From positions 1 to 64,000 of the IMG/VR virus record IMGVR_UViG_3300043436_004687: a stretch of DNA of 64,000 nt. One strand, written 5' to 3'. Shown here piece by piece: positions 24,287 to 35,035 of the stretch (positions are counted from its first letter, which is position 1; every line of letters starts with the position of its first letter). The translations under genes and the position numbers were made by a program. The notes beneath the pieces are model-generated. The model was not told where the DNA came from, searched no databases, and saw nothing but the letters and a program-made list of their open reading frames with translations.

Positions 24287-24359
24287 TGCCCCCAAAAGGA
24301 TTTGAACCCTTAACAACCCCTCCGTAAGGGGCCATTTTATCCAGTTAAACTACAGAGGC
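24287..24359 (-). tRNA. tRNA-Arg(ACG)
   Basis: Cloverleaf; anticodon arm GCCCC-TTACGGA-GGGGT; T-loop TTCAAAT; several G-U pairs in the acceptor stem. Confidence 0.85.
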
Positions 24360-24435
24360 AAAAATTTCTGTTGGCGTACTATTTATTCTTTCGACTTTAA
24401 AATTAGGCGTTGCCCCTCCTAATTACCATTAAGAA

Positions 24436-24867
24436 TTATTTGTGAGAATAAATACCACCACATTTTCTACTACAACAGATTTTTTTATTTAAATGTAATG
24501 CTTTATAAGAATTTTTTTTACTCCTATTAAAAACTTTTTTACATATAGGACATTCAAATTCAATTAAAATTTCTGTCAAATTATAAAAAGCATTTTTTTT
24601 AATGTTATTATCTTTTGATGATAAAATTTGTAAATTTTCTATAACATCATTTAATTTATTATTATCTATATGATCAACATGTTCTTCAAGTTTTAAATAT
24701 CTATTTAAATGAACAGCCATTATATATCTAGCATATGCTGTTGAAGTTTTAGTCCCATCATTCCTGATTAATAATAAAGTTCTACGAGGTTCTTTATTTA
24801 TATTTAAATAACCTATTTTAAAATCTTTATTATATGGTGATTTTAATTCTATTTTTGTATTATTCAT
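24436..24867 (-). CDS. HNH homing endonuclease in a tRNA cluster (start likely 24867)
   Basis: EHVDHIDNNKLNDVIENLQ; C-terminal CPIC..CCSRKC. Confidence 0.85.
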   Translation of the reverse strand: MNNTKIELKSPYNKDFKIGYLNINKEPRRTLLLIRNDGTKTSTAYARYIMAVHLNRYLKLEEHVDHIDNNKLNDVIENLQILSSKDNNIKKNAFYNLTEILIEFECPICKKVFNRSKKNSYKALHLNKKICCSRKCGGIYSHK

Positions 24868-24869
24868 AG

Positions 24870-24946
24870 TGGTCTTGGACAGAATCGAACTGACATGTGA
24901 CCAATTACCCTTTCTACGCATTATGAGTGCGAGGAGATACAAGACC
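24870..24946 (-). ncRNA. Atypical tRNA-like RNA with CAT anticodon loop and no D-arm in the canonical position
   Basis: Perfect acceptor GGTCTTG/CAAGACC+A, T-arm GTCAG-TTCGATT-CTGTC, CGCA-CTCATAA-TGCG only 9 nt after the acceptor. Confidence 0.7.
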
Positions 24947-25630
24947 ATTTGATTACCTTAAAACTCAGTTGCAATACACCCAAGAAAACTAATAATCCGA
25001 AGTTTATTTAACAATCTAAAAAAAATTATTTCTTTAACATTTTTAATAATTCCTCATCAGAAACAGTTGTAATTTTTTCTTCTTTTCTTCTAGCAATTTC
25101 AGCAAGAATTTTTTCATTGTGTTCTTTAACACTCTTAGCATTTTTCAATACTTCATTCTCCTCAACTTTAGTGGTAAGAATATCAACCACAATATCAAAT
25201 CTTAATTTTGTAGTTTTATCTTTTTCAGATTTTTTAACTAAGAAAGATTTTTTTCCAGAATCTTTATATTCCGTTTCTAATTTTACAGCTAATTCATCTA
25301 ATTCAGGTAAATCTAATTCCCATAATTGTTCAGTTGATAACAAACCTCTATTAGTTTGAAATCTTAATTTTTGTCTTAATGCCTCTTTAAAATCGCTCAT
25401 AATTCTTATTTATTTTAATTGTTATTATTCTTTATTTAAAAATGGATTACTTTATAATTCTTATTTATCTCCCGTAATGTAGCATATTCGACTCACTCGC
25501 TTCGTCTTATATAAAGCCCCTCACGATTGGGTTTACCCATTTAAATTTACTCATCTTTAAGCCTCTCAGTTTTCGTTCTGTTAGAGTTGAGGCAATTAAA
25601 TAACTAGGCGACCAAGCACAATGTATTTGT

Positions 25631-25707
25631 GGGGAAAAAGGAGACTCGACTTCCCTTACCTATCCCTACAAGATACTTATTAAAGTTACTCATAGTACAT
25701 TCTTCCC
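25631..25707 (-). pseudogene. Possible degenerate tRNA (Tyr, GTA loop)
   Basis: GGGAAGA/TTTTCCC stem, TATC-TTGTAGG-GATA arm, decayed T-loop AGTCGAG. Confidence 0.3.
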
Positions 25708-25848
25708 ATTTTAAATTAGGGGGGGCAATTTTGCTTACTATTATTCCACAATTATTAAACATCACTAACTATATTATAGAAATTATTTAACATCCCCCAT
25801 TTTATTTATGCAAATATAAAGTAAAAATCTTATATTAACAAACTTATT

Positions 25849-27978
25849 TTAATTAAAATTAACTTTTATTGTTCTTTTAAAATTACCACCCAATTTTAGT
25901 ATTACAGAATCTTTAACCGTACTATTAAAACCTAACCCCGATAATTGTTTATCAGTAGTTTCAATCATATTAGTATTACCTAACACTTCCATAACTCTTT
26001 TATGTTGGATAAGTTCATCATTTAAATTCTCATTATGAAAACTTCTAATACTTGTAGGTGCTTTACAACCCTCTAACATGAAGAAAAAATGTTTATTCCC
26101 AATATTATTATCACCCCAATGATTTGGTGAAAGACTGATAAGATTTACCTTATGGAACTGATTAGTTTCAAGAGAATAAATTTCTTTATTCACACCCACA
26201 CCCTCAGTAGCTGGGATTAAGTGTTTTATTGAAAATTCACCATCTTTAAGGGTAACCTCAGCAATATGTAAATCTCTGGTTACATAGTTACAATAATCAT
26301 ATGTATAAATTTGATTATTAAATTCAACCTCAGCTTTAAAACCTTGATTATTACCACCGTCATAATTTCTGATGAAGAATTTATAAACACCATCTTTCAT
26401 TTTAGATTGATCATCCCAAACAATATTTTCAACACCTAATTTACCAGGTCTAATCATATCAACATCTAAATTACCTGACATACTAGTTTTATTACCTTTT
26501 CCTTTATAAGAACCATAATATATTTCTGTTCTGTTTGGTTCAATTGTATGAGCATCAAAATCTAAAATATCCCTTCCATCCTCATTCCAAGTAATTGAAA
26601 ATCTCAATACACCATCAATCTTACCACCAGCAGTTTTAACAGCTTCTTTTATTTGAGACTTACCAGCTAAATTACCATTAAATGTCCATGAAAAATTATT
26701 TTTCCATTTAAAAATAGGTTTACTATCTGGGATGTTAGCAGTAGTTAATGAAACAAAATTACCTTCATGTCTATTTTCTAAATAAGCTTCTACAGAAGTA
26801 CAACTTGGTAATATATCTTTCATGAATTTATCAATTGAGACTTCTTCAACACCTTCAAACTCGTTCTTTTTGTGTTGGCTTTTTGTTGCTTTTACACCAT
26901 CAAATATTGAAACTGTTTTAATGCCATCTTTACCAATATTACTATGTAGAATTTCAGATACTTTTATATCATTCATTGTTGCAAATCTTCTATCAAAAGA
27001 TTCAACATAACCATTATCTTCAACAAATTTTCTAGCCTCTTCAATTTGTTTTGTTGTAATAGGTGCTGTAACTTTCATATAATTTCTTGGGTCTACTCTT
27101 TTGTTCCAATCTTGGCACGCTTTATTTATTTCTAACCCTAGTGATAAATCTGAACATAAAACACCAATTAATTCATTTTTAAATTTAGCAAAAGGTAAAT
27201 TGTATGAATTAATCCAACACCAATTATCTCTTTCTTTAGCAGACAAAGCATCATATTGTGTTTTAAGTGGAATAAATTGTTCAACCTTATATAAATGAGT
27301 TTGACCATCTAACAACGAACCTTGATTGATTAAATCTCTAACCAAATTTAAAGTATCTAACGAAATTTCTTCCATAGCTCTTTGAAATACATTTTTAGCG
27401 TCTCTATAACCACCCATTAATGATTCAACTGATTTTCCACTTACATCAACAAAATTTTTATTTAAGAAAACATGGAAATGATTGAAGACATAAATATCTT
27501 TAGTATTCACCACACCAAATTTATCAACTTCTTCTTGCGTATATTGTTTGTGATTCTTCTCATGACCTAATTGAAATTTAGTTTGTGTTTTAGAACACTT
27601 TTCATAAGGTAGTGAATTTAATTCATCAAATGTCTCAAAAAAAACTTCACTTACTTTAGATTGAGAAATTAACAATTGAACATTTTTGATGGCATCCTCA
27701 TAAGTAGTACCTTCCACATCAATATCAAACATAGAAATGATTTTAGATTCTGGAGTAATAGCCACAACATTACCATATCTTCTAATGAAGTTTTTATCAT
27801 TGTTACAATTAGCTTCAGATGAAGCTGGGTCTCTAAATATAGGGTTTTGACCAGGTTTAAAACCACCTAAATAAGCATCCCAGATTTGTTGACCAGTAGC
27901 TTCTAATCTAAACAATTTGTATTGTTGCATAACATCAAATTGTTTCTGTATTCTTAAATTTAATTCTTTAAAATTCAT
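25849..27978 (-). CDS. Large conserved phage protein with a TerD/YfaP-like beta domain
   Basis: FSITWNED..LDFDAH..LDVDM..GVENIVW segment; assignment from recollection. Confidence 0.5.
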   Translation of the reverse strand: MNFKELNLRIQKQFDVMQQYKLFRLEATGQQIWDAYLGGFKPGQNPIFRDPASSEANCNNDKNFIRRYGNVVAITPESKIISMFDIDVEGTTYEDAIKNVQLLISQSKVSEVFFETFDELNSLPYEKCSKTQTKFQLGHEKNHKQYTQEEVDKFGVVNTKDIYVFNHFHVFLNKNFVDVSGKSVESLMGGYRDAKNVFQRAMEEISLDTLNLVRDLINQGSLLDGQTHLYKVEQFIPLKTQYDALSAKERDNWCWINSYNLPFAKFKNELIGVLCSDLSLGLEINKACQDWNKRVDPRNYMKVTAPITTKQIEEARKFVEDNGYVESFDRRFATMNDIKVSEILHSNIGKDGIKTVSIFDGVKATKSQHKKNEFEGVEEVSIDKFMKDILPSCTSVEAYLENRHEGNFVSLTTANIPDSKPIFKWKNNFSWTFNGNLAGKSQIKEAVKTAGGKIDGVLRFSITWNEDGRDILDFDAHTIEPNRTEIYYGSYKGKGNKTSMSGNLDVDMIRPGKLGVENIVWDDQSKMKDGVYKFFIRNYDGGNNQGFKAEVEFNNQIYTYDYCNYVTRDLHIAEVTLKDGEFSIKHLIPATEGVGVNKEIYSLETNQFHKVNLISLSPNHWGDNNIGNKHFFFMLEGCKAPTSIRSFHNENLNDELIQHKRVMEVLGNTNMIETTDKQLSGLGFNSTVKDSVILKLGGNFKRTIKVNFN

Positions 27979-27984
27979 ATTTTT

Positions 27985-28482
27985 TTATTTTAATTTATTT
28001 GGATTTATTCTTACTATTTCTTTATTTTTACTTTCAGCATATTTAACACAATTACCAGTTCCACCAGGGGTTCCATCCCATACTGCTATAACTAAATCAG
28101 ACTTATCGCACATCCACTCATTTCTAACTTGCATTAAATACGGTTGATATTCTTCATCACTTACTAAAACCACTTCATCACTATTATCACAAATATATTG
28201 CCACTCATTTTTACTTGCTTGTGGCCATCTATTTGGATGATTTCTACAAGGAATTGCTGAAATAAGTTTTATATGTGGGTATTTTTCTTTTAGTTTTATA
28301 ACTATCTTAGCAGACCACATATCAACCCCTAAAGCCAAACCATTAATAAAGGTGGTCACACCCCTATTTTCTATTAAATTTACAACTTCATTGTGAATAC
28401 CCCAAAGTAATTTTTTATTATCTTTGGCATTATAACCATTTAATTTATTTGGGCGATGTCCTGTGAAACAAGCTGTTAACAT
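27985..28482 (-). CDS. SLOG-family protein (YspA/DUF1273-like)
   Basis: CFTGHRP, GLALGVDMW, RNEWM..LVIAVWDG..GGT. Confidence 0.88.
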   Translation of the reverse strand: MLTACFTGHRPNKLNGYNAKDNKKLLWGIHNEVVNLIENRGVTTFINGLALGVDMWSAKIVIKLKEKYPHIKLISAIPCRNHPNRWPQASKNEWQYICDNSDEVVLVSDEEYQPYLMQVRNEWMCDKSDLVIAVWDGTPGGTGNCVKYAESKNKEIVRINPNKLK

Positions 28483-30019
28483 ATTAATTTTATTAAAACT
28501 AATTTTAATGAGCAGAAAAATTAGTAAAACAGCAAAAGCCTACGTTCTTTTATACGAGTGTAAACATATAGTGACACTAACCCTGTTGTTTGTTAACCTC
28601 CCTACAACTCAGACTTTATCAAAAACATTTTTAATATATTAAAATATTGGTATTTAAGTAAAATTTGGTGATGATTAATTCATTCTTACACCAAAAATCG
28701 TTTTTCGTCCAACATCGAGTATTAACCTTTCAATGGTAAATTATTCCACTTCGATATATTTTAATATAAATCTTCACTAAATAATCTTTCTCCCCTACAA
28801 TTATTTAAATCCAATATTTGATTTTCTCTTTTAGCTATTTCAAAAGCTTCATATCTATCAACAAATCTGTTTTTAGATGTTAAAAACCCTTCAACTTCCT
28901 TATCTTGTAATTCCCTACCTTCATTAGTATATGGAAACCCAACTATTTGACTGAATGTAAAAATGCAATTGTGATGACGATGACCAGTAACAACAAAACC
29001 AGTTTTTATATTTTTACAATTATGAACATATGTTTTACCATCATCATAATAATTTGCCGCACATAAAATTCTCTCATTAGTTTTCATATTATCCGAAAAT
29101 AAAATCAATAGTACAAACAAAACCTATTATTGCAAATACAATAATCACTAACTCCATTAATTCATTATCATCATTCATATAGCTTATTTTTTTTAAATTT
29201 CTTTTAACCAATGAGTTACTATTTGATTAGACACATTAAAATGTACTTTACCATTTGTAATGGAAACTGAACATTGTAATTCATGTTTATTATTATACTT
29301 TGTTAAAGTTTTAACAATATATTTACCCTCTTTAGTTGGTAACTCATCTTTAACATCTACAAATTTGAATAGATTATTCATAATTATTTTAATTTTAATC
29401 TAGCTTTAAATGAACTAGCTTTAACTTTTTCTTTTACTTCTAATATTAAATTTCTATTATTGGAAAGTATTTCTTGTTTGTATAACTGCCTTATTTTTGA
29501 TAATTCAGTGCTGACCTTATCAATAATTTTATTCACTACTTCAGTTTCTAAATCACCTAAATTAGGAAAATCATGGTTAGTTACAATTACTTTAGTTTTA
29601 GTAATCACGATATGATAACCCAACTCATCTAATTCGATAATCATATCACTTGTTTTCAAATCACAAAACAACTTGCTATTTGGGTGATGAAGAGTTAATA
29701 AAACTATTTTATATATTTCTATTGATTCTTTTGAAATAGGTTTTTTAAATTTATTAAAAACTCTATAACCAATTTTCTTAAATATTTTAAGCATCTTTTA
29801 ATTTATTAATTATTCAACAAAGATAAAATAAAATTTTAACTTAACCAAGAAAAACACCAATTTTTTAACAAAAAATATTTTCTTTTTCCAATTCTTTGTG
29901 AAAATGTTAAACTATACTTATTTAAGTTTTTAATAGATAAGCCTTTACCAAATATTCTAAACCAACCCGAACCATTTGAATAATAAAAACATAGGATTAA
30001 AGAACTATAAGAATAGAAT

Positions 30020-30562
30020 TTATCTTGCAAATATTTCATTACTCCCTTGTTTTATGTGATTAACTTTTACTTCTGCACCAATTATTTTACCCCAAGATTC
30101 AAACATTTCAACATGTTCTGGTCTATCTTCAAATAGTTCAACTTCTTCCACATGTGGGAATTCTTCTAACAATTTATCTAACGTTTTGATTTTACAAGAA
30201 AATGTCTCACCACCAGTATTGTAGTAATATCTATGAAATTTTAAATTATGTTTTTCAAGTATCAATTCAACTTCTTTAGATAATACAGTTCTTCTGCCAG
30301 TCATCATAATACAAAGAGTATTTTCTCTTTGGAATTCTCTTTTATAAAAATTAAAAGTTTCTTCAATAAGTTCATTATCAAATATATTGACATCCAAAGA
30401 TTCTGGCTTACCCCACCAGCCAATATGTGGCCAATCTAATCCAGTTTTTTCTTTATATTTAATTTTACCAGTTTCGGGTAATTCAGTTGAAATTAAAGTG
30501 CCATCAAAGTCAAAAACACTTATTTTAATTATTTTTTCATTTATATTTCCAGACATATCCAT
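30020..30562 (-). CDS. HAD-family phosphatase (Swiss-Army-Knife RNA-repair-like)
   Basis: VFDFDGTL, WWGKPESL, MMTGR, FEDRPEH. Confidence 0.82.
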   Translation of the reverse strand: MDMSGNINEKIIKISVFDFDGTLISTELPETGKIKYKEKTGLDWPHIGWWGKPESLDVNIFDNELIEETFNFYKREFQRENTLCIMMTGRRTVLSKEVELILEKHNLKFHRYYYNTGGETFSCKIKTLDKLLEEFPHVEEVELFEDRPEHVEMFESWGKIIGAEVKVNHIKQGSNEIFAR

Positions 30563-31220
30563 ATGCTTGTTTTGTTTTATTTCTTAAATTAGCACTAATG
30601 TTTTTTCTACTTAACCCTATTTCAATTTCAACATCTTTAGCACTCTTCCATTCTTTGATGAAATTACCTTCTTTATCATATTGTAAAATAGGTTTTTTAA
30701 CACTTTCAGCATTATTTCTCACCCACTCTTCCGATTTATTTATTTTACGTCCTTTTAATTTATCAATTGCTATTTGATGTGCTAAAGTTTTACCAGTTTT
30801 TTTTCGGCTTTCTGAAATTAATTTTTTAGTTTCTTCGCTATGTTTTTCACGTACCCTATTTCTATTAAAATTTCTTATTTTTTCTTTATGCTCCTCACTA
30901 ATTTTTCTACCAAAACCACCATCGCCTCCAAGAGTTAAATTCATTCCATTTTTATTATTTAAATAAAATGAATTAAAAAAACCAATAAGGTATATTTCTA
31001 TCTCGTTTAATTCTTTTAAGTTATTTTCACCCTCATAAATAATATCAATCGTGTGAGCACTAAAACCATATTTTAATAATGAATTATAAATTAATGGTTG
31101 TTTTTTACAATTTAATCCTTTATAATTACTAATCCTTTTATTTATATTACTACTTTTCCCAATATAAATTTTACCTGTAGGAGAGGTGATTTTATAAATG
31201 TATGAGTATTTCTTTTCCAT
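30537..31220 (-). CDS. GIY-YIG homing endonuclease with NUMOD3/NUMOD1 domains
   Basis: YIYKITSPTGKIYIGKS..R; KHSEETKKLISE; KPILQYDKEGNFIKEWKS..YGYVWKY. Confidence 0.9.
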   Translation of the reverse strand: MEKKYSYIYKITSPTGKIYIGKSSNINKRISNYKGLNCKKQPLIYNSLLKYGFSAHTIDIIYEGENNLKELNEIEIYLIGFFNSFYLNNKNGMNLTLGGDGGFGRKISEEHKEKIRNFNRNRVREKHSEETKKLISESRKKTGKTLAHQIAIDKLKGRKINKSEEWVRNNAESVKKPILQYDKEGNFIKEWKSAKDVEIEIGLSRKNISANLRNKTKQAYGYVWKYK

Positions 31221-31265
31221 AAGTGAGTTTAACTATAAATAGCTCACTTTTTATCGAAATCAAAA

Positions 31266-31322
31266 TTATTTTAAAGTACCATCTAAATCAAAAACTGATA
31301 TTTTAGTTATTTTTTTATTCAT
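31266..31322 (-). pseudogene. Orphan original N-terminus of the HAD gene (MNKKITKISVFDLDGTLK*)
   Basis: Duplicates KIIKISVFDFDGTL of the 30020-30562 ORF on the other side of the GIY-YIG gene. Confidence 0.75.
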
Positions 31323-32019
31323 GATTTTTATTTTTACCACCCATAAAAAACCATTTGATTTCTTTTCCAATCAAATGTTTTATAGATATTTACTAATTCA
31401 AATACAGCATATTCATATTTCCAACTTGTAGTTACTTCAGTTCCACCATTTAAAGAATAAGGTCTTTTATTTGGGAAACATGAACTATTCCATTCATCAT
31501 TCATGGATTTTACATGTTTAAACATCTTTATTATTTGTACATTTTGATCTTCTGTTAAATCACTGAAATTCCCAATTGTTTCATATTCATAATCTTCTTT
31601 AGAATATCTATGTTTTGTATCTTTAAATAATGTACTTGTATCTCTATCATCTTCATCAAAAAATGGTTCTAACATATTTGAATAAATTTTTCTAACCTTA
31701 TTAGAATAATATTCAATCAAATATTCTAAATATTCTTTGGTAACAATTTCAAAATCATATTCCTCATAATATTCTTTCATAACACATTTCTTAAAAAATG
31801 GTTTATGAGATTTTTTTGGTGGTTCAAAATCAGTATATTTACCAAAATTATATAAGCTTTCAACTATCTTATAATTACTAATTTTATCATGATTATCATC
31901 AAAATCTTCATGATCCTCATCAACTAAATTAAAATATTCTTTAAATTGTTTCACATCTAAAGATTTAATTTTATTATATTCTCTTTTCGTAATAAAACCA
32001 ATATAAGTTCTATAACCCA

Positions 32020-33006
32020 TTATTTTAAATTATTTAAATTTTCAATACTTAAACCTTTATCAATTGCTATTATACCCTTTGATATTTGTTTGTAAAGTGA
32101 TATTATTTTAATTTTATTACCTTCTATTACATTAAGACTATTCGAACAAAGAAAAGCTTCTAATTTAGAATTATTGATAGTATCATATGCGTTACCCGAT
32201 AAGACACCATGAGTTACAATTGCTTTAACTGATTTTGCTTTACCTTCATCAAGCAATACACCAGCACCCTTGCAAATAGTACCACAAGTATCAGCTAAGT
32301 CATCAATTATGATAACATCTTTACCTTCAACATCACCAATTATAATCATCTTGTCAACAACATTAGCTTGACTTCGAGTCTTATCCATGAATACTATTGG
32401 TAATTCTATATTATATTTTAATTTAATTAAATCTCTATAATGTTTCACTCTTTTTCCACCACCCGCATCAGGAGCTGCTAACACAAGATTATTTAAACCA
32501 CATTCTTTAATGTATGATTCAAATAAATATTTACCATGCATATGAATAACTGGAATTTGAAAAAACCCTTCTATTTGTTCTGCATGTAAATCAAATGTTA
32601 TTACAGATGTTGCACCTAAAAATTCTAATTTAGAAGCAATTACTTTGGCTGAAATAGAACCACGAGGATAATCCTTTTTATCACTTCTAGCATAAGCAAA
32701 ATAAGTAATTATTGGTATTATTTCTTTAGCACCAGCTCTACGTGAAGCATCAATAGCAAATTCCAACTCAAGAATTTTATCTGAATTAGACAAATTAGTT
32801 AATAAAAATACTTTTTTACCCCTAACTGATGTTTCAAGATCTACTGAAATTTCACCATCTGAAAATTTTTGATAGTTAGTTGTTCCAAAATTATTATGTA
32901 AATTATAAGAATGGAATTCATTTAAATGTTTTTTCACTTCATTATAAAGAATTTCAGTACCACTTAGACCAAAAATTATGCTATTATTTTTCATGTTGTT
33001 AAGCAT
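32020..33006 (-). CDS. prs: Ribose-phosphate pyrophosphokinase (possibly NARP1 Adps-like)
   Basis: FSDGE, YFAYARSDKK, DLHAEQI, APDAGG, IIDDLADTCGT. Confidence 0.93.
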   Translation of the reverse strand: MLNNMKNNSIIFGLSGTEILYNEVKKHLNEFHSYNLHNNFGTTNYQKFSDGEISVDLETSVRGKKVFLLTNLSNSDKILELEFAIDASRRAGAKEIIPIITYFAYARSDKKDYPRGSISAKVIASKLEFLGATSVITFDLHAEQIEGFFQIPVIHMHGKYLFESYIKECGLNNLVLAAPDAGGGKRVKHYRDLIKLKYNIELPIVFMDKTRSQANVVDKMIIIGDVEGKDVIIIDDLADTCGTICKGAGVLLDEGKAKSVKAIVTHGVLSGNAYDTINNSKLEAFLCSNSLNVIEGNKIKIISLYKQISKGIIAIDKGLSIENLNNLK

Positions 33007-33011
33007 TTAAA

Positions 33012-33431
33012 TTACCAATTTAAAGGTTTAATTATGTTAGGTGGTAAATCTAATTGAAAATAAGGGATCATTTCTTCTTCCGTAAATCCAGCAATACCAC
33101 AACCAACTTTAGTTAATAAAAATACCTTAGTTGGGTTTTCTAATGCACATTCAATTAAATTATCAACATAATCTTCTAAATCAAACCAGCCAATTCTTTC
33201 CATTTCTTTATCTAAAGTAGGGAATGCGTATGATTGTCCTTGTAAACCTTCTCCTTGGCCCATAATAGCTCCAAATTTAAGTAATGCTAACTTTGCCGCA
33301 CCACCAAAATGATTACCCCTTAAATTACTCCCAAATACAAATACTTCATATGGCTCAAGCTCAGTTATTTCATCTGGCGTAAATGGATATGCTTTTTTTA
33401 TTAAAGCATTGATTAATTTTTGTTTTTTCAT
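33012..33431 (-). CDS. A1S_2505-like phage non-structural protein
   Basis: EVFVFGSNLRGNHFGGAA..GQGEGLQGQSYAFPT..TKVGCGIAG. Confidence 0.75.
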   Translation of the reverse strand: MKKQKLINALIKKAYPFTPDEITELEPYEVFVFGSNLRGNHFGGAAKLALLKFGAIMGQGEGLQGQSYAFPTLDKEMERIGWFDLEDYVDNLIECALENPTKVFLLTKVGCGIAGFTEEEMIPYFQLDLPPNIIKPLNW

Positions 33432-34020
33432 AAATTTATTTTTTTTAATATTAGATGAAAATTATTTTCTTCTGTAATACATTTATCAATGTAAGGATAA
33501 TCAATTGCTATATCCATACAATCTTTCATACAATTAAAAGTATTTTCAGCTTTAGAAGAAAACCCATCACTTATTTTAAATTCAAAAGTCTCTTCTTTTT
33601 GTTCAGCTATTAATAAATTTCCGTATTTTTTAAGGTTTTCTATACATTTAAGTTTCATAATACAAAGATATAACTTATTCTTCTAATTTCCAAATTTTAT
33701 TTTTAAATTTTCTTTTATATTTACCAGGTTGAAACTTTTCAACACAAGTAACAATTTCTAAAGCAGTTGGAAGCTCCTCATAAAAAATAATGGCGTTGGA
33801 AACTTGTTCATTGGTGTATAAAATAGAATCTTCCATAGGGTTGAAAGGTTTATCAGGTTTACCGTAGATAATAGAACCTAAATCTTCAACAAGATTTGTC
33901 CCACCAAATGGACTTTCATTAGTATCCATCTCAAACAAATATTTTATGTTTTCATTCCAAACTAAAGCTTTGATTAACATCAAATGTTCTTTTTTAAGCT
34001 CAAATCTAACTATACTCATA

Positions 34021-34761
34021 TTATAATTCTTTAATTAATTCTAAAAATTTTTTCATCCCTTCAGTAGCAGTTTTTCTAATATAAATTGGGTTTAAATCAT
34101 CTAAATCCATTGCTGGATTAGGATCTATATAATAGACTTTAGTATCTTTTTTTATTTTTCTTAATAAATCATGCGTATAACCTATTGGTAGGCTAGTGCC
34201 GATAATTAATAATACATCACAATCTTTTAAAGCATTTATAGAAGAATTAACATTAAAGGGATATTCACCAAATAAAACTGTATGGGGTCTTAAACTCACA
34301 CCATTTTCATTTTTATCACCCCAATTTAAATCACCCAAACAATCATATAATTTAACACTTTTATCTGAAATGTCAGCAAAAACATTTAATTCTTTATTTT
34401 CCCTAGATTTATATATTTCCCCATGTAAATGTAGTATATTTTTACTACCAGCCAATTCACTTAAATTGTCAACATTTTGAGTTATAATAACAACATCATG
34501 CTCTTTTTCCAATTCTACTAAAGCAAAGTGTGCTGAATTTGGCTTTTTATCCTTACATTTTTCCCTAAGCATATTATGGAAGTCCATAACTAACTGAGGA
34601 TTTTTTTTCCAACCTGAATGTGTTGCCACTTTATCAACCTCATAATTATACCAAAACCCATCTTTTATATCCCTAAAAGTGTGAATTTCACTTTCAGCAC
34701 TTAACCCAGCGCCACAAAATACAACAATTTTACTTTTCACCATAATTTTAATTTTCCACAA
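34021..34761 (-). CDS. Sir2/CobB NAD-dependent deacylase
   Basis: GAGLSAES..FRD, TQNVDNL, HLHGE, IGTSL. Confidence 0.92.
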   Translation of the reverse strand: MWKIKIMVKSKIVVFCGAGLSAESEIHTFRDIKDGFWYNYEVDKVATHSGWKKNPQLVMDFHNMLREKCKDKKPNSAHFALVELEKEHDVVIITQNVDNLSELAGSKNILHLHGEIYKSRENKELNVFADISDKSVKLYDCLGDLNWGDKNENGVSLRPHTVLFGEYPFNVNSSINALKDCDVLLIIGTSLPIGYTHDLLRKIKKDTKVYYIDPNPAMDLDDLNPIYIRKTATEGMKKFLELIKEL

Positions 34762-34858
34762 ATATATAATTTATTTTCTTATTAACCAATATTTTTAACA
34801 CATTAATTGTTTTTTTATTTTATTCACTATATTTATAAGTATATAAAATAATACACTT

Positions 34859-35035
34859 ATGAAAAAAACTAGAGAAAGATCATTAAACAATAAAAAAGAA
34901 AAGGTTGAAGTGATGATATTCCGTATAGAACCAGAATTAAAGGGACAATATTTAAATTATTGTGAAGAAAATGGGTTTTCTTATGGTAAAAGATTACGAT
35001 TATTGATTAAAAATGATTTAAATAATGGGAAATAA
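34859..35035 (+). CDS. Small ribbon-helix-helix-like DNA-binding protein (58 aa, not in ORF track)
   Basis: MKKTRERS..VMIFRIEPELKGQYLNYCEENGFSYGKRLRLLIKND; overlaps the start of the 35025 ORF. Confidence 0.6.
   Translation: MKKTRERSLNNKKEKVEVMIFRIEPELKGQYLNYCEENGFSYGKRLRLLIKNDLNNGK

Noticed and set aside
24947-25025. Leader-attenuator for the tRNA-Met-like/tRNA-Arg cluster
   Set aside because: No short ORF plus terminator/antiterminator arrangement found upstream.
28500-28750. Intergenic stretch with short stems as an ncRNA
   Set aside because: Stems are only 5-7 bp, and I could not recognise a family or promoter; too weak to call.
30537-31266. GIY-YIG insertion in the HAD gene as an intron
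   Set aside because: Under 50 nt of flanking non-coding sequence, no ribozyme core, and the N-terminal motif is duplicated rather than split.
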